Below, piece after piece: positions 53,712 through 63,640 of a DNA stretch of 64,000 nucleotides (position 1 is the stretch's first letter; every line of letters starts with the position of its first letter). Under the pieces are notes generated by a model that saw nothing but the letters and a program-made list of their open reading frames with translations, ran no database searches and was not told the origin of the DNA. The position numbers were made by a program, and so were the translations under genes. Source of the DNA: an uncultured Verrucomicrobiae bacterium (lineage in GTDB: Bacteria > Verrucomicrobiota > Verrucomicrobiia > Limisphaerales > Palsa-1400); NCBI GenBank assembly GCA_963707025.1, contig CAVPOM010000018.1, forward strand, positions 224,001 through 288,000, read 5' to 3'.

Positions 53712-55865
53712 TTAGGGTTGCTCCGGTGTGACGGGCAGTTCGATGGTAAAGCGGCTGCCTTGTCCCACGGCGCTGCGCACCAGGACGCGGCCGCGGTGGG
53801 CTTCCACAATATGTTTGACAATAGTTAAACCGATGCCGATGCCCTGGGTTTCGCGGCGCAGCTCCGAACCGCGGCGATAAAAGCGCTCAAAAATCTTTTC
53901 GTGCTCTTCGGGCGGAATGCCGGGGCCGCGGTCCTCCACCCAAAGACGGATCATTGGCTGGCAGGGCGCGCGCTCCGTGCGCGCCGCGGCGGGCAGCGGA
54001 GTGCCCGCCCTACCTTCCCTCCTCCCGTCACAGGCACAATTCTCCAGGCCGATGGTCACGCTGGCGCCGGGGGGAGAATGTTTGATGGCATTGTCCATGA
54101 GATTGATCAGGGCCTGCTGGAGGGCCAGGCCGTCGCAGGAAAGGAGGGGGGCCGGGCCGGGGCCGGGATTCCAGGCCAGTTCCACCTGCTTGTCGGCGGC
54201 GGCAGGTCGCATCAGCTTCACCGTTTCCGCAAGGATGGCCTCCAGGTCGGCCGGCTCGCGCCGGTATTCTTTGCGCCCTTGTTCGATGCGCGAGAAATCG
54301 AGAACGTTCTCGATCAAGGAAGTGAGCCGGCGGGATTCCTGCACCAGGAAACGATAGTATTCCATCTTCTTGGAGGCTTCAGAAATCTTCCCGCGCTCGA
54401 GCGATTCGGCCAGCAGGCGCATGGAAGCGATGGGGGCGCGCAGTTCGTGGGAAACACTGGAGACGAAATTGGTTTTCATTTCGCTGAGGCGATGTTGCTG
54501 ATAAAAGGCGCGGCGCGCCGCGAGCAGGCCGGCCAGGGCGGCGAGAACGGCGGCGCCAATGAGGGCGCCAAAGAGCCGCGCGCGGCGCTGTTCGGCGGAC
54601 AACATTTTCTCGCGGCTGGCGAGGTAAAAAGTGACGCTGAGGCTGGCCGCATCGGGCCGGGAGGATGCCCCAAATTTTCGCGTGGCATTGGCGAGGCGCG
54701 ACTTTTCCCCGGGCCGGGAATCGCCGCCGCCAACGGACAACGGTTCGTTCTCAATGGAAATGGCCGCCGTGGCGTAATCGGGCACAAGGTACTGGTTGTC
54801 GGCCAAAGCGCGGGCGAAAATGGCTTGGAGCACTTGGGCCGGGACAAAGGAAATGATCCAACCACGCCCGGAAGAGGGCATTCCGTTGGTGTCGTCACTC
54901 CCTATATAATCTTTGTAAAGACAAGGGCAGAAAATGCCAAGGGCGCGGTCCGATGGAGTTTGGCTCCAGCGCGCCCAGAAGGAGTTCGTGCTGCCGGACC
55001 GGATTTCCGGCAGCTTGCGCAAAGCGGCAAGGTGCCGGCGGGCGGCGGACTGGCTGTCCCATAATTGGCGCATGGAGCGGACTTTCTCCTGGGCGAAAGA
55101 ATCCGCGCGGTTGGTCTGGCTTTCGGTCAACGCCAGAAGCGCCGGGGCGACAAACGACGGCGTGTCAAAGAGGCGATGCCAAAGCATTTCCAGGAGCGGA
55201 CGGGACAACGGCCTTTCGACTTGGAGCAACTGGTAATAGGCCAGGTCTTGAAAGGAGATGCCTGTTTCGGTGAGGGGAAAAGGAGGTGCGTAGAGCATCT
55301 GTTCCGGAGTACGGCAAACGGCCAGTGCCGCCTGGCGGGCTTCTGCGGACGGATTGGTGTCAAGAAAGACCTGGTCTGGCACTGACCGCTGGTTCTGGCG
55401 GAGCGCCTCCCAGAGGTTTTTCTGTTTGGGGGAAAGTTCACGAAACCATTCGGGCGGGGAAGGCGTGGCGGGAATATCCGGCGGGGTGATCTGGCGGCCA
55501 TCGGTCAGGATGTCGCATTCGGACTCGGCCAGGGCGGCCAGCTTGAGTCCGGGGTAAGTTCGCTCCCATTTGGCAATGCCAGCCTCAAAATCCTTGTCCG
55601 GGAATGTATTGGCGGGGCCTAATCCCATCATCCATCCGTTTTGCAAGCCCAGGTAGTGTTGGAGTTCCTCGCCGGCCATGTCGGCGATGGCACGGGCGAG
55701 GCTTTGAACGTTTTCAGCCGCCCTTTTGCGGGCGGCTTGTTCGGCGGCCTGCTCGTCCTGGCGCAAGGAAAAGAGGCCGACCACCGCCAGCACCGCCACC
55801 GGCAGGATGATCATCAGGCCCTGCCAGAAAAAGGAGGGGCGCTTGCCGCTGTTGGAACTGTCCAT
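53712..55865 (-). CDS. Membrane sensor histidine kinase
   Basis: VSHELRAP, NLMDNAIKHS, DRGPGI, IFERFYR, GIGIGL. Confidence 0.95.
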   Translation of the reverse strand: MDSSNSGKRPSFFWQGLMIILPVAVLAVVGLFSLRQDEQAAEQAARKRAAENVQSLARAIADMAGEELQHYLGLQNGWMMGLGPANTFPDKDFEAGIAKWERTYPGLKLAALAESECDILTDGRQITPPDIPATPSPPEWFRELSPKQKNLWEALRQNQRSVPDQVFLDTNPSAEARQAALAVCRTPEQMLYAPPFPLTETGISFQDLAYYQLLQVERPLSRPLLEMLWHRLFDTPSFVAPALLALTESQTNRADSFAQEKVRSMRQLWDSQSAARRHLAALRKLPEIRSGSTNSFWARWSQTPSDRALGIFCPCLYKDYIGSDDTNGMPSSGRGWIISFVPAQVLQAIFARALADNQYLVPDYATAAISIENEPLSVGGGDSRPGEKSRLANATRKFGASSRPDAASLSVTFYLASREKMLSAEQRRARLFGALIGAAVLAALAGLLAARRAFYQQHRLSEMKTNFVSSVSHELRAPIASMRLLAESLERGKISEASKKMEYYRFLVQESRRLTSLIENVLDFSRIEQGRKEYRREPADLEAILAETVKLMRPAAADKQVELAWNPGPGPAPLLSCDGLALQQALINLMDNAIKHSPPGASVTIGLENCACDGRREGRAGTPLPAAARTERAPCQPMIRLWVEDRGPGIPPEEHEKIFERFYRRGSELRRETQGIGIGLTIVKHIVEAHRGRVLVRSAVGQGSRFTIELPVTPEQP
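53960..54014. repeat. REP doublet inserted in-frame in the kinase HATPase domain
   Basis: Minus strand GGTAGGGCGGGCACTCCGCTGCCCGCCG-CGGCGCGCACGGAGCGCGCGCCCTGCC. Confidence 0.8.
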
Positions 55866-55879
55866 GGATGTTTTCTAAA

Positions 55880-55905
55880 TGCGGCGGTCATAGACCGCCG
55901 CTACA
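55880..55905. repeat. Single GTAG-type REP
   Basis: tgcggcggtcatagaccgccgctaca. Confidence 0.85.
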
Positions 55906-56001
55906 ATATTGTTCGCGGGTTTGTTCGACAATAGCGCAGGCTGGGGCAAAGCCACAGCGCAATTGTCATGGATTTGTAAAATCGCCGCCGGTTGCGCCGC
56001 C

Positions 56002-57174
56002 TTACCCAACCCGGTGATTGGTCCGCCAGAGGAGAACGGCGCCGACGGCCTGGAAAATGAAATTGGGCAGCCAGATAATCAGGCAAGGATAGCGCTCCGG
56101 ATGAGCCGCCCAAGCCTGGCCCAGCACGATGAAGCTGTAATAGGCCAGCACCAGCACCAAGGCGGTGGCCACCCCCACGCTGGTCTCGCGGCGGTGGGCG
56201 CGAATCCCCAGGGGAATGCCAATCAGGGTGAAGGCAAGGCAGGCAAAGGAAAAGGCCACCTGCTGATTGAGATAGACGAGCACCGGCATGATCGTTTCCG
56301 CCGCCGCGCGTTGCATCTGTTGGCGGGCATCCAGCAGCGCATCCCGGGAGGCGCCGCGCGGGGGGACGACGGCGCGGCCGAGTTCCTGGCGGGCCAATTC
56401 GGCCTGAAGCTGCCGGAAAGTCATGTCGCTAATGGCAATGGGGAGGGCCTCGTCGGCCTTGGGGAAATCTCTGGGTTCCAGCGGCCAGTCGCCAATCAGC
56501 ATCGGCATCCAGCCGTTTTGGTCGTGCTCAAAGCTGGTCATATTCGTCAGAATCAGGGTGATTTTTCTGGCGACGTTGTCAATTATTAAGACGCCTTTGG
56601 GCGCCTTGGCCCAGCGAATCTGCGACCCGCCCGCGTCATATTCAATCACGATAACGCTGTCGAGATTGGTTCCATCCTTGTGGACATGTTCGACAAAAAC
56701 CTGGTACTTGCCGAAGGGAACATATTGTCCGTCGAGGAGGAAACGGCCCGGGCGGTTGCGGCCGACGCTGGCCAGGAGTTCCTTGTAGGCGACGCGGCTG
56801 GCCGGGGCGAGGTCGAAATTGAGCCAGGCGCACAGGCCGCTGACGGCCACGCCCAGCAACAGCACCGGCGGCAGGAGGCTGACCAGGCTGATGCCGCTGG
56901 CGCGGGCGGCGGTCAATTCCTGGTCGGCGCTGAAGCGGCCAAAGACCAGGAGGGTGGCCGTGAGCATGCCGATGGGCAGGGAGAAGGCCAGCACGTAAGG
57001 CAGGAGCAAAAGGATGCCGTGACAGGCCAGACCGAGGGTGGCCTGGCGGTTGACCAGCAAAGTGAGGATTTCCTTGATGACATTGCCCAGCATCAGCACG
57101 AAGGTAAAAACAAAGACCGTCATCCCCCAGGTCGCCAGCATCTGGCGGGTGAGGTAGCCGTACAACGTTTTCAC
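56002..57174 (-). CDS. LptF/LptG family permease
   Basis: KTLYGYLTRQ, LPIGML..FGRFSADQELTAARASGISL, GIPLG, IWLPN. Probable start is the GTG at 57174. Confidence 0.92.
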   Translation of the reverse strand: MKTLYGYLTRQMLATWGMTVFVFTFVLMLGNVIKEILTLLVNRQATLGLACHGILLLLPYVLAFSLPIGMLTATLLVFGRFSADQELTAARASGISLVSLLPPVLLLGVAVSGLCAWLNFDLAPASRVAYKELLASVGRNRPGRFLLDGQYVPFGKYQVFVEHVHKDGTNLDSVIVIEYDAGGSQIRWAKAPKGVLIIDNVARKITLILTNMTSFEHDQNGWMPMLIGDWPLEPRDFPKADEALPIAISDMTFRQLQAELARQELGRAVVPPRGASRDALLDARQQMQRAAAETIMPVLVYLNQQVAFSFACLAFTLIGIPLGIRAHRRETSVGVATALVLVLAYYSFIVLGQAWAAHPERYPCLIIWLPNFIFQAVGAVLLWRTNHRVG

Positions 57175-57300
57175 AGCAGAGCAAGCATGAGCAATGCCCT
57201 GTAAAAAGGCGAGGATGAAGGATGGCGGGCTTTGCGGTTGCCATCCTCCATCCTCCATATTCCCTGCTCCAATGTCGCCGGGCCGCGTTTGCCGGGGCGG

Positions 57301-58968
57301 TTATTGCTGCTTGGCGGTTTCGTCGGCGGCGTCGAAGGCGTGCTGCAAGGCGACCAGGTCTTCGCCCGGCTTAAGGGATTCCAAGATGGCCTGCTCGGCC
57401 TTGAGTTGTTCGTTGGAATAGGCGGCGGCTTTGATGGACAGGCCGATGCGGCGGTCGGTCTTGTCAATCTTGATGACGCGGGCGGTGACTTCCTGGCCGA
57501 CCTTGAGCACATTTTTGATTTTCTCGGTGCGCTCCTCGCTGACTTGGGAGATATGGACCAGGCCGTCAATGTCGTGTTGCAGGCCGACAAAGGCGCCGAA
57601 GCTGGCCAGCTTGGTGACGTTGCCGGTGACCAGATCGCCCACTTTGTAGAACTGATCAATGTTGCTCCACGGATCCACGGTGAGCTGCTTGGCGCCGACG
57701 GAAATGCGCTGGTTGGCCTTGTCCACTTCCAAGACGACCGCTTCGACTTCGTCGCCTTTTTTGAAGACTTCGGAAGGATGATTGATTTTGCGGGTCCAGG
57801 AGATGTCAGAGACATGGATCATGCCGTCCAGCCCCTCTTCCAACTCGATGAAGGCGCCATAGCTGGTGAGGTTGCGGATCTTGCCCTTGACCCTGGCGCC
57901 GGGGGGATATTTCTCCAGGGCCTTGTCCCACGGATTGGTGTCCAACTGGCGGATGCCGAGGGAGATTTTTTGTTCTTCGCGATTGATGCCCAGCACGACG
58001 GCCTCGATGGCCTGGTCGGCCTTGAGCACGTCGGAGGGCTTGGCGATGCGCTTGGTCCAGGAAAGTTCGGTGACATGGACCAGCCCTTCGACGCCCGGCT
58101 CCAATTCGACAAACGCGCCGTAGGGAACGAGGTTGACGACGCGGCCCTTGACCCGGGCGCCGACCTGGTATTTGGCGTCAATGTTTTCCCAGGGATTGGC
58201 CAGCTTCTGTTTGAGTCCGAGGCTGACCCGCTCCTTTTCGCGGTTTATGTCAAGCACCACGACATCAATGTCCTGGCCGACCTTGAGGATTTCGGAGGGG
58301 TGGCCGATGCGGCCCCAGCTCATGTCGGTGATATGGAGCAGGCCGTCAATGCCGTTGAGGTCAATGAAGGCGCCGAAATCGGTGATGTTCTTGACCGTGC
58401 CTTTGCGGATGTCGCCCGGGGTCATTTCGGTGAGGAGTTTGGCGCGCTTGTCGTTGCGCTGCTGCTCGATCAATTCCCGGCGGGACAGGACGATGTTCTG
58501 GCGGTCCTGATTGATTTTGACGACCTTGAATTCGTAGCTGTTGCCGAGGAACTGGGCCAGGTTCTTGGGCGGAACGATGTCAATCTGGGAGGCGGGCAAA
58601 AAGGCTTCGACGCCGATGTTGACGAGCAGGCCGCCCTTGACGGCGGCCTTGACTTTGCCGGTGATGGTGCCGCCTTCGTTGCAGATGGTGAGAATTTTAT
58701 CCCAGTTCTTTTTGAATTCGGCCTTTTCCTTGGAGAGGACGACCATGCCTTCCTTGTCCTCCAGTTTTTCGATGAGGACATCCACCTCGTCGCCAATCTT
58801 GACGGTTTTAATATCTTCAAATTCGTTGCCGGAGACGACTCCTTCACTTTTGTAGCCGATATCCACGAGGACTTCCTTGGGGCGGACTTCGATGACGGTG
58901 CCTTTGACGATTTGACCTGTGGCAAAGCGCGTCGAGCTTTGCTGCAGGGCTTCTTCCATTGTGAGCAT
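57301..58968 (-). CDS. rpsA: 30S ribosomal protein S1
   Basis: VDIGYKSEG, AFLPASQID, KNITDFGAFIDL.GIDGLLHITDMSW; six S1 repeats. Confidence 0.98.
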   Translation of the reverse strand: MLTMEEALQQSSTRFATGQIVKGTVIEVRPKEVLVDIGYKSEGVVSGNEFEDIKTVKIGDEVDVLIEKLEDKEGMVVLSKEKAEFKKNWDKILTICNEGGTITGKVKAAVKGGLLVNIGVEAFLPASQIDIVPPKNLAQFLGNSYEFKVVKINQDRQNIVLSRRELIEQQRNDKRAKLLTEMTPGDIRKGTVKNITDFGAFIDLNGIDGLLHITDMSWGRIGHPSEILKVGQDIDVVVLDINREKERVSLGLKQKLANPWENIDAKYQVGARVKGRVVNLVPYGAFVELEPGVEGLVHVTELSWTKRIAKPSDVLKADQAIEAVVLGINREEQKISLGIRQLDTNPWDKALEKYPPGARVKGKIRNLTSYGAFIELEEGLDGMIHVSDISWTRKINHPSEVFKKGDEVEAVVLEVDKANQRISVGAKQLTVDPWSNIDQFYKVGDLVTGNVTKLASFGAFVGLQHDIDGLVHISQVSEERTEKIKNVLKVGQEVTARVIKIDKTDRRIGLSIKAAAYSNEQLKAEQAILESLKPGEDLVALQHAFDAADETAKQQ

Positions 58969-59368
58969 AATTAGAATGAGTTCATAAACTGCGGGAGGCT
59001 TGGACACGCCCGGAGCGGCGCGCGAAGACTCCATTGCCTACCTGACCACGTTGTCTGGCAACGGAGGTAAAAGTTAGGAAACATGGTTGACTTTTTTTTC
59101 TCAGCCTCAAGGAACGCCGCACACACGGCGTTCAGGCAAGGGGCATCATACGCCTGTTCGGTAGAAAGGCAAGAGGCAAAAACAAGGCAAAAGGAAAGGA
59201 GAGCGAGCCGGGGTGTTGAACTCTGCCAAGTTGTGCTGGGTGCCGAACCCGTTGTTGCCCTGTTGTTTGCGTGAAGTGTGGGGTGGAAGGCAATTGATCC
59301 CGTTGGAACTGACAGCCCGGCAGAATCCGTAAATCAACATATTTATCAAAAAAAGTGATTTTTTTCTG

Positions 59369-59411
59369 TTGACTGATTGAATTATTCAATTATTATATTG
59401 ATTTATTAAAT
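59369..59411 (+). promoter_or_regulatory. AT-rich promoter overlapped by two palindromic operator-like sites
   Basis: TTGACT-16 nt-TATTAT; ATTGAATTATTCAAT (59376-59390) and ATTGATTTATTAAAT (59397-59411). Confidence 0.55.
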
Positions 59412-59790
59412 GAAAAATCCGTCCACAGCCGGCAAGAAACTGATCACGCGCTGTCCCTTTTGCGGGGATGATCTGGCCATTGCCCGGCTTTCCTGCTGTG
59501 GATGCAAGACGCAGATTGATTCGGAATTGCCGATACCGCTGTTCTTCCGGCTGCCGCAGGACATGCAGGAATTCGTGCTCATCTTCCTGCGTTGCCGGGG
59601 AAGTATTCGCGATGTGGAAAAGGAATTGGGCATTTCCTACCCAACGGTCTGCAAACGGCTGGATCTGGTCAACGAACTGCTCGGCAACAAGGGAACGCCC
59701 GTCAACCGCACGCAAATCCTGGAACAACTGGAGCGGGGAGAAATCTCCGTGCCGGAAGCAACCCAACTATTAAAAGAGAGAACCGCATGA
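59410..59790 (+). CDS. DUF2089-family Zn-ribbon/HTH regulator
   Basis: CPFCG..CCGC, FLRCRGSIRDVEKELGISYPTV..RLD, ILEQLERGEISV. Confidence 0.88.
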   Translation: MKNPSTAGKKLITRCPFCGDDLAIARLSCCGCKTQIDSELPIPLFFRLPQDMQEFVLIFLRCRGSIRDVEKELGISYPTVCKRLDLVNELLGNKGTPVNRTQILEQLERGEISVPEATQLLKERTA

Positions 59791-60926
59791 ACCAAAATAC
59801 CCTCCCCATCTTCGGGATCATCGCCCTGGTCATTTTAGTTTTCGTAGTGATATCGTTGGGCGCGAACCTCTACGGCCGCTATCTGCGCATTTCGCGCGGC
59901 AAGGCGGCGGTGCAATTGGTCGCGGCCGTGTTGCTTTCCATTGGCGTCGGTTTCTGGCGGGCCGATCTAATCAGCCGGGGGCAGGTCGAGGCAACCATCC
60001 AATTTGGGGACCGCGACTTCGCCGTGGCTTTTTCGATTGGTTTTGCAGCGCTGCTGCCGTTGGTGGCCATCCCTTTCCTGGCCAAACTTTACCTCACTTG
60101 GATTGCGGGCGCCGTGACCGACGACGAGAAGGCTCCCGGCATCCAGGGTGTCCGCGCCTGGCTGCGCGGCGGCAATCTTGCCTGCGCCGTCCTGGTCGCC
60201 CTCAGTTTTTGGATCGGTTTCGGATACTCGTTCTGGAGCCCGCTGGCGCTGGCCCTGATGGCGCTGCTGGCGTTTCCCTTTTTGAACATGGCCACGGCCC
60301 CAACCACCGCCCAAGCCCCCGCGGCTCCAACCGACGCCCTGTCTCCCGAACGGGAGCGTGTTCTTAAAATGCTGGATGGCGGCAAAATCACCGCCTCGGA
60401 AAGCGCCGAATTGCTCAATGCCCTGGGTCAGTCGGCCCAGCCGCTGGCCGCTAAATCCACCCCCTCGCCGCATCGCAAGCTGGTGTGGATCGGCGCGGCT
60501 CTGCTCCTCATCGGTTTCTTTCTCCCGTGGTTCGTCGTCAAGGTCGGCGACGTTCAAGGCGCCATGAACGATTTGATGCGTCAATTGCCCATGCCCCAAA
60601 GCATCCCCAATGTCAGCGGGATGATGCCCCAGGGCATGAGGGTTTATATTACCGGCGGCGAGATTGAATACGGATTCGGCTGGGGCGTCCTGTTTTTCGG
60701 CATCGTGGCGGCGGCGCTGCCTTTCCTGGCCACGAATCTGGATTCCAAAACCTGTCAAAAAACCTGTCTCATCGCCCTGGGTGTCGGCGCGATAATTCTT
60801 ATTTACCTGCTCACCCGGAGCCTTCGTTTCGCCAGCATCGGACTGCTGCTCGGACTGGCCGGATACGCGCTTGAATTCATCGGCGTGCTCAAAGCGCGCG
60901 AGTTGGATTGGGTCCGCGCCAATTGA
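59787..60926 (+). CDS. Multi-pass membrane protein with an internal SHOCT-like motif
   Basis: ATG at 59787 overlaps the upstream stop; several TM helices; RERVLKMLDGGKITASESAELLNAL. Confidence 0.8.
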   Translation: MNQNTLPIFGIIALVILVFVVISLGANLYGRYLRISRGKAAVQLVAAVLLSIGVGFWRADLISRGQVEATIQFGDRDFAVAFSIGFAALLPLVAIPFLAKLYLTWIAGAVTDDEKAPGIQGVRAWLRGGNLACAVLVALSFWIGFGYSFWSPLALALMALLAFPFLNMATAPTTAQAPAAPTDALSPERERVLKMLDGGKITASESAELLNALGQSAQPLAAKSTPSPHRKLVWIGAALLLIGFFLPWFVVKVGDVQGAMNDLMRQLPMPQSIPNVSGMMPQGMRVYITGGEIEYGFGWGVLFFGIVAAALPFLATNLDSKTCQKTCLIALGVGAIILIYLLTRSLRFASIGLLLGLAGYALEFIGVLKARELDWVRAN

Positions 60927-60988
60927 CGATTCCAGGATGAGGAGCGGATGGGATGGCGGAGGCGGGCGCCAATTGGGGCGCGCTCCGT

Positions 60989-62891
60989 TCATTTGGCGCG
61001 GTGTTGCAGGTAGGCGTTCCAGAGGTTGCTTTGAACGTAGAGTTCCAAAAAGACCTCGGGACGCAATGCATACATGTGGGCCATGATGCCGGCTTTGTCC
61101 TGGTCCACATCGGGTTCCAGTTGGGTCGAGATTATGGTCATGGGCGGATACGGTTCCACGGGCAGATTGTTGGTGCCCAGTTCCGCGGGGTAAGCGTCTT
61201 CCAACAGCCGGCGGTTGAGGCGGGTCAGGTCCTGGCCGTGCGGGTTCTGGCGGCGGAGTTCCACGGTGGCGGGCCGCAAATGAATGCCTTCAAAGCGGTT
61301 GGAATCGTAGAGGGATGGCCCGGCGATGATTTTGTTGAGGTTGGTGACGAGCAAGGATTCCAAATAGTCTGCGCCACCCTTGGCCGGAGGGGCGGCGTCC
61401 ATATGGTTGGTGAGGCCGGAGTCGAGCAAGAATTTGGAAATAGGATCGGATTTGGCCTGCACCTTGCGGAGGAAGGCATCCACGTCCCGGATGTCCCCCG
61501 GGGCAAATTTGGAGTAACCAGGCACGTTTTCGAAATAGCCGACGTTGCCGTAGGAACGCAGATACCACGGCAAAGGCCAATAATCGGAGCCGGGCGCAAT
61601 CACGCTGATGTAGAGGCCGCGGCCTTCGGGCGAAGCTTGCGCCACGGCGTCCACCTTGTCCACCAGGTTGAGGAGGTCGGGCGAGGTTTGGGCGTAAACC
61701 CAGGGGTTGCGCGGATCGGCCGCAAAGCGGACGGCGGCCTGCCAGGCCTGCACGGCGAGTTGGGCCACTCCTGTCAATACTATTATTCCGGCGGCGCGGT
61801 TCAGCCGCCGCCCCGGCAGCCGGCCCAGAAGCGCCGCCGCCCCGACTCCCGCCAGGAGGACGGCGCCGTGCCAGAAGCCCAGGGCGCTCCAGGGCGTCTT
61901 GTAGGGGAGCACGGTGTAAATGAGGGCGAGGATGACGGTGTAAAAGGCGAGGAAACGCACGAAGGCGGAACTGGCGCCGGGCAATCCCCGGCGGGCAAAG
62001 GCGGCGATGCCGCCCCACACGGCCAGGAGCAGAATGAGCGCTTCACTCCAGATTGGCCCGCCCGGACGGTGAAAGAAAAGGAGGCGCTCCCAATAGAAGC
62101 TCCATCCGTAAATGTGAGGCGAAGCGCCCTTGGCGCGCTGGAACCAGATCAGATATGTCCGCGCGGCGTCGAGCGGACCGGATCGGTTGGAGAAGAACGA
62201 GGAGAACAGGACCAGCGCGACGGCCATCCAGACCAGGCCCGCCGCCGCGAGGTGGGCGGGGCAAAAAAGATTCTGCCGCGGCGCGGAAGGCCGGCGCGGC
62301 GCGCGGAAGGCCTTCGTTGAGGAGCAAAGCGCCCATCACGGCGGCGAGGTTGAAGACGAAGGTTTCCTTGGTCGCCTGGGTCAATCCGATGGCGGCGCCG
62401 GCGAGCAGAATCCAGGCGATTTTGCCAGTTTGACTGTAACGCCAGGCGGAGGCGAGGGCCAGAAAGATGAAGAAAACAAAGAGGGTCTCGTGGATGTAGT
62501 CGCGGCTGTAATAGACCAGGACGGGCGACACCGCGGTGAGGAAAGCGGCGGCCAAGGCGGCCTGGCGGCCCAAGCCGTCGGCGACCAGAAAGAGCAGCAG
62601 AACCAGGCCGACGCCGAAGACAACGGTCAGAGACCGGAGGCGGATTTCGGTGAAGCGGGCGAAATCCCCGGCCAGGGTCAGCTTTTCCCAGAGGAGGGTG
62701 GAGTAAGCCAGGGTGGGGCCGTGGAATTCGTTTGGGTCGTAGCGGTAGCCGTGTCCCTCCCACAAATCGCGGATTTTGAGGGCATTGTTGGCCTCATCGT
62801 TGTGCATGGGGCGGCGCTCCAGTTGGACGGAGCGCAGGCCCAGGGCGAGCAGGCCCGCCAGCAACATCCACCAGGGAAAGCCTTTGGTCAT
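60989..62891 (-). pseudogene. TIGR03663-like (GT-C/PMT-like) membrane protein split by a frameshift near 62260-62310
   Basis: ORF1 has RPMHNDEA..YRYDPNEFHGP..YYSRDYIHE..ATKET. ORF2, in another frame, continues HLAAAGLVWMAVALVLFSSFF..YKTPW..DYWPLPWYLR. May be a sequencing error. Confidence 0.7.
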
Positions 62892-63607
62892 TGGACCGGC
62901 CGGCCGTAAACCTCCACTTCGGTGCATTCGTTGTACCTGGCGGCCGTGCTCCCGTTGGAGTAGAGGCGGACGTAGCGGGCCTTGGCGCCCTTGGCGTCTA
63001 TGAGTTTGCCTTCGTTGGTCTCGAAATACTCGCGGTCGGTTCCAACCCCCTGGCCGGCGGCGTTTTCGACATCATTATTGAAAAGGGTGCGCACATTCTG
63101 GGCCGGGCTGAACTCGGGGCCGTCGGCGATCTGGACCACGACGCCATGATAAACATTTTGCGTATTGTGGGCGTGCCAGACGACGATGGCGTAAATTTCC
63201 TGCGGTTTCTCCAGGTCAATTTGCAACCATTGGCTGCCTTTGGTGAGCAGGACCACGTTTTCTTCGGTGGCTTCCTTTTCGCCGTCGGTGACTTTGGCCA
63301 GATCTTCGGCGGCGGCATTGGTGGCGCTGCTGGTGACTTTTTTGTGCAGGGCCACATTGGCCACGCCCGCGGGCGCCAGGAAAGGCGGGCGGGGCGTTTT
63401 ACTGAGCGGTTCGACGTTGGGAGGCAGGGGTTTGTCGGACGGCGTGCCAATGAAGGCGGGGGCGGGCAGTTTAATATTGAGCGGGACGAGGTTTTGCGCG
63501 CGGGAACAACTCCCGCCCAGCCAGGCCAGACCCAGAGTCAAGCATAGCAACAGGCAGCCGCGGCGCGGGCGGTGTGAATTTCCAATCATGCCTTTAATTA
63601 AGCCCAT
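62888..63607 (-). CDS. Secreted discoidin (F5/8 type C)-like domain protein
   Basis: NVALHKKVTSS, VTDG, QWLQIDLE, ARYVRLY..N..EVEVYG. Confidence 0.85.
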   Translation of the reverse strand: MGLIKGMIGNSHRPRRGCLLLCLTLGLAWLGGSCSRAQNLVPLNIKLPAPAFIGTPSDKPLPPNVEPLSKTPRPPFLAPAGVANVALHKKVTSSATNAAAEDLAKVTDGEKEATEENVVLLTKGSQWLQIDLEKPQEIYAIVVWHAHNTQNVYHGVVVQIADGPEFSPAQNVRTLFNNDVENAAGQGVGTDREYFETNEGKLIDAKGAKARYVRLYSNGSTAARYNECTEVEVYGRPVQ

Positions 63608-63640
63608 CCGCCGGCGGATGCCAAGCCTGAATGCGGCCGG

